A stretch of DNA of 63,366 nt, filler included, from Nemertoderma westbladi (lineage: Eukaryota > Animalia > Xenacoelomorpha), in the NCBI GenBank assembly GCA_032718475.1. It is 3 parts of 3 records of this genome, joined end to end, with 100 filler letters (N's around TTAATTAATTAA, not from the genome) between each part and the next. Parts side by side here need not be neighbours in the genome. Positions count along the whole stretch, not along the records: positions 42,008 to 63,366 come from JAUCBJ010000798.1; 2 more parts are not named here. One strand, given 5' to 3'. Shown in pieces: positions 62,418 through 63,366 of the stretch; position 1 is the first letter of the stretch; every line of letters starts with the position of its first letter. The notes beneath the pieces are model-generated. The model worked only from the letters and a program-made list of their open reading frames with translations. It ran no database searches and was not told the DNA's origin. Made by a program: the position numbers and the translations under genes.

Positions 62418-63366
62418 TTAGTTAATTGGATACTCTTGCTTTACTAATTCAATAAGGTCGTTAAACGGTGAACGTTTGTGAAGCATCCTCCACCGATACT
62501 CATCTAGGTGACTTTGAAGTAAATTCAATCTAGTGCCTTTCCGTTGCTTCATTATCATAAGTTTGGCATGTCCCCATAATCCTTCTATAAGTTGCGTGTT
62601 CGCTCCGGTGATCTGGTCTACGAATCTACCACGCCCCTTCTTACTGTGGTTTACGTGTTTGTGGAAGTATTTACCGCTACCGTCACAGGCTTTCCATGGA
62701 AAACGTTTGCTAGTTATCCCAACAGTTTTGCCGCAGTATGCAGCCCATTCGTCGCTAAATATCGTTGTACCACCTTTGACATTGCTCTCTAGAATCGGAC
62801 GCAAGGTTCTCATGTTCCTTCTTTTAACTATGAACATTCTAACGTCTACTTCTCGATCCGGTCGCTTCCAAGCTATGCCAAAAATCCAGTGTCCAACAAC
62901 CATAGTACCATAATTGTTAGATCTAGTTCCTACAACCTTATGTTTTATCTTTCGATTACGCTTTTTGAAAGGTACATCTCATAGAAGTCTTCGCCCACGT
63001 TTATATTTTCTTCTTCCACGAAACAATGATTCGTCGATTTGTACTGTTTCCCCAACTCCCCCCATTAGCTCAGCGTTATCTTTGTCTTTTGCGAACAGCT
63101 CTCTAATGTAATTTTGCCAATCCACTATCTTAGTCATAGACTTTCCTACCAGTCCATCAAGCAATCGTAGTGTGACTCTAGCGGACATGTTGATTATAAA
63201 AAAGAACATGATCCAGAAAATTTGCTCCACAAGCAAATTAGAACTCGAACTGAACCACGTACCTTCACGAGCTGATCTTTGATGTTTGTGAGGTCCCCTA
63301 CAGCGCCAGGTCAACCTAGGAAATCCATATCTCATTCTCCTCCAAATGTATGCACTATAAGTACAT
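62418..63366 (-). pseudogene. Merlin transposase (second family), one in-frame TGA at 62979-62981; continues beyond the window
   Basis: VQIDESLF..RKYKRGR, WIFG, IFSDEWAAY, HVNHS, NTQLIEGLW, HLDEYRWR; both ORFs are in the same frame. Confidence 0.92.

Overview
AT-rich eukaryotic (animal, probably invertebrate bilaterian) genomic scaffold with two 100-bp assembly gaps, dominated by nested transposable elements. Three host genes are supportable: a four-exon C2CD4-like gene on the minus strand (14197->4184) that appears to lack a C2 domain, an intronless B-type lamin (34174-35862) and an intronless two-pore-domain K+ channel (52014-53024). A possible small type II membrane protein ORF is also present. 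Mobile DNA includes a Merlin element with both ends (8-bp TSD), a second Merlin transposase, a near-intact hATm-like element (8-bp TSD, long TIRs), TA-flanked palindromic MITEs, many RTE-like LINE copies, CR1/L2-like and CRE-like LINE fragments, and a Penelope-like element with a minimal hammerhead ribozyme inserted into an RTE. A Crypton-type tyrosine recombinase is bracketed by hairpins that fold well on one strand only (GNA triloops, tandem G.A pairs), which suggests a folded single-stranded DNA substrate. All calls were made by eye; no searches were run.
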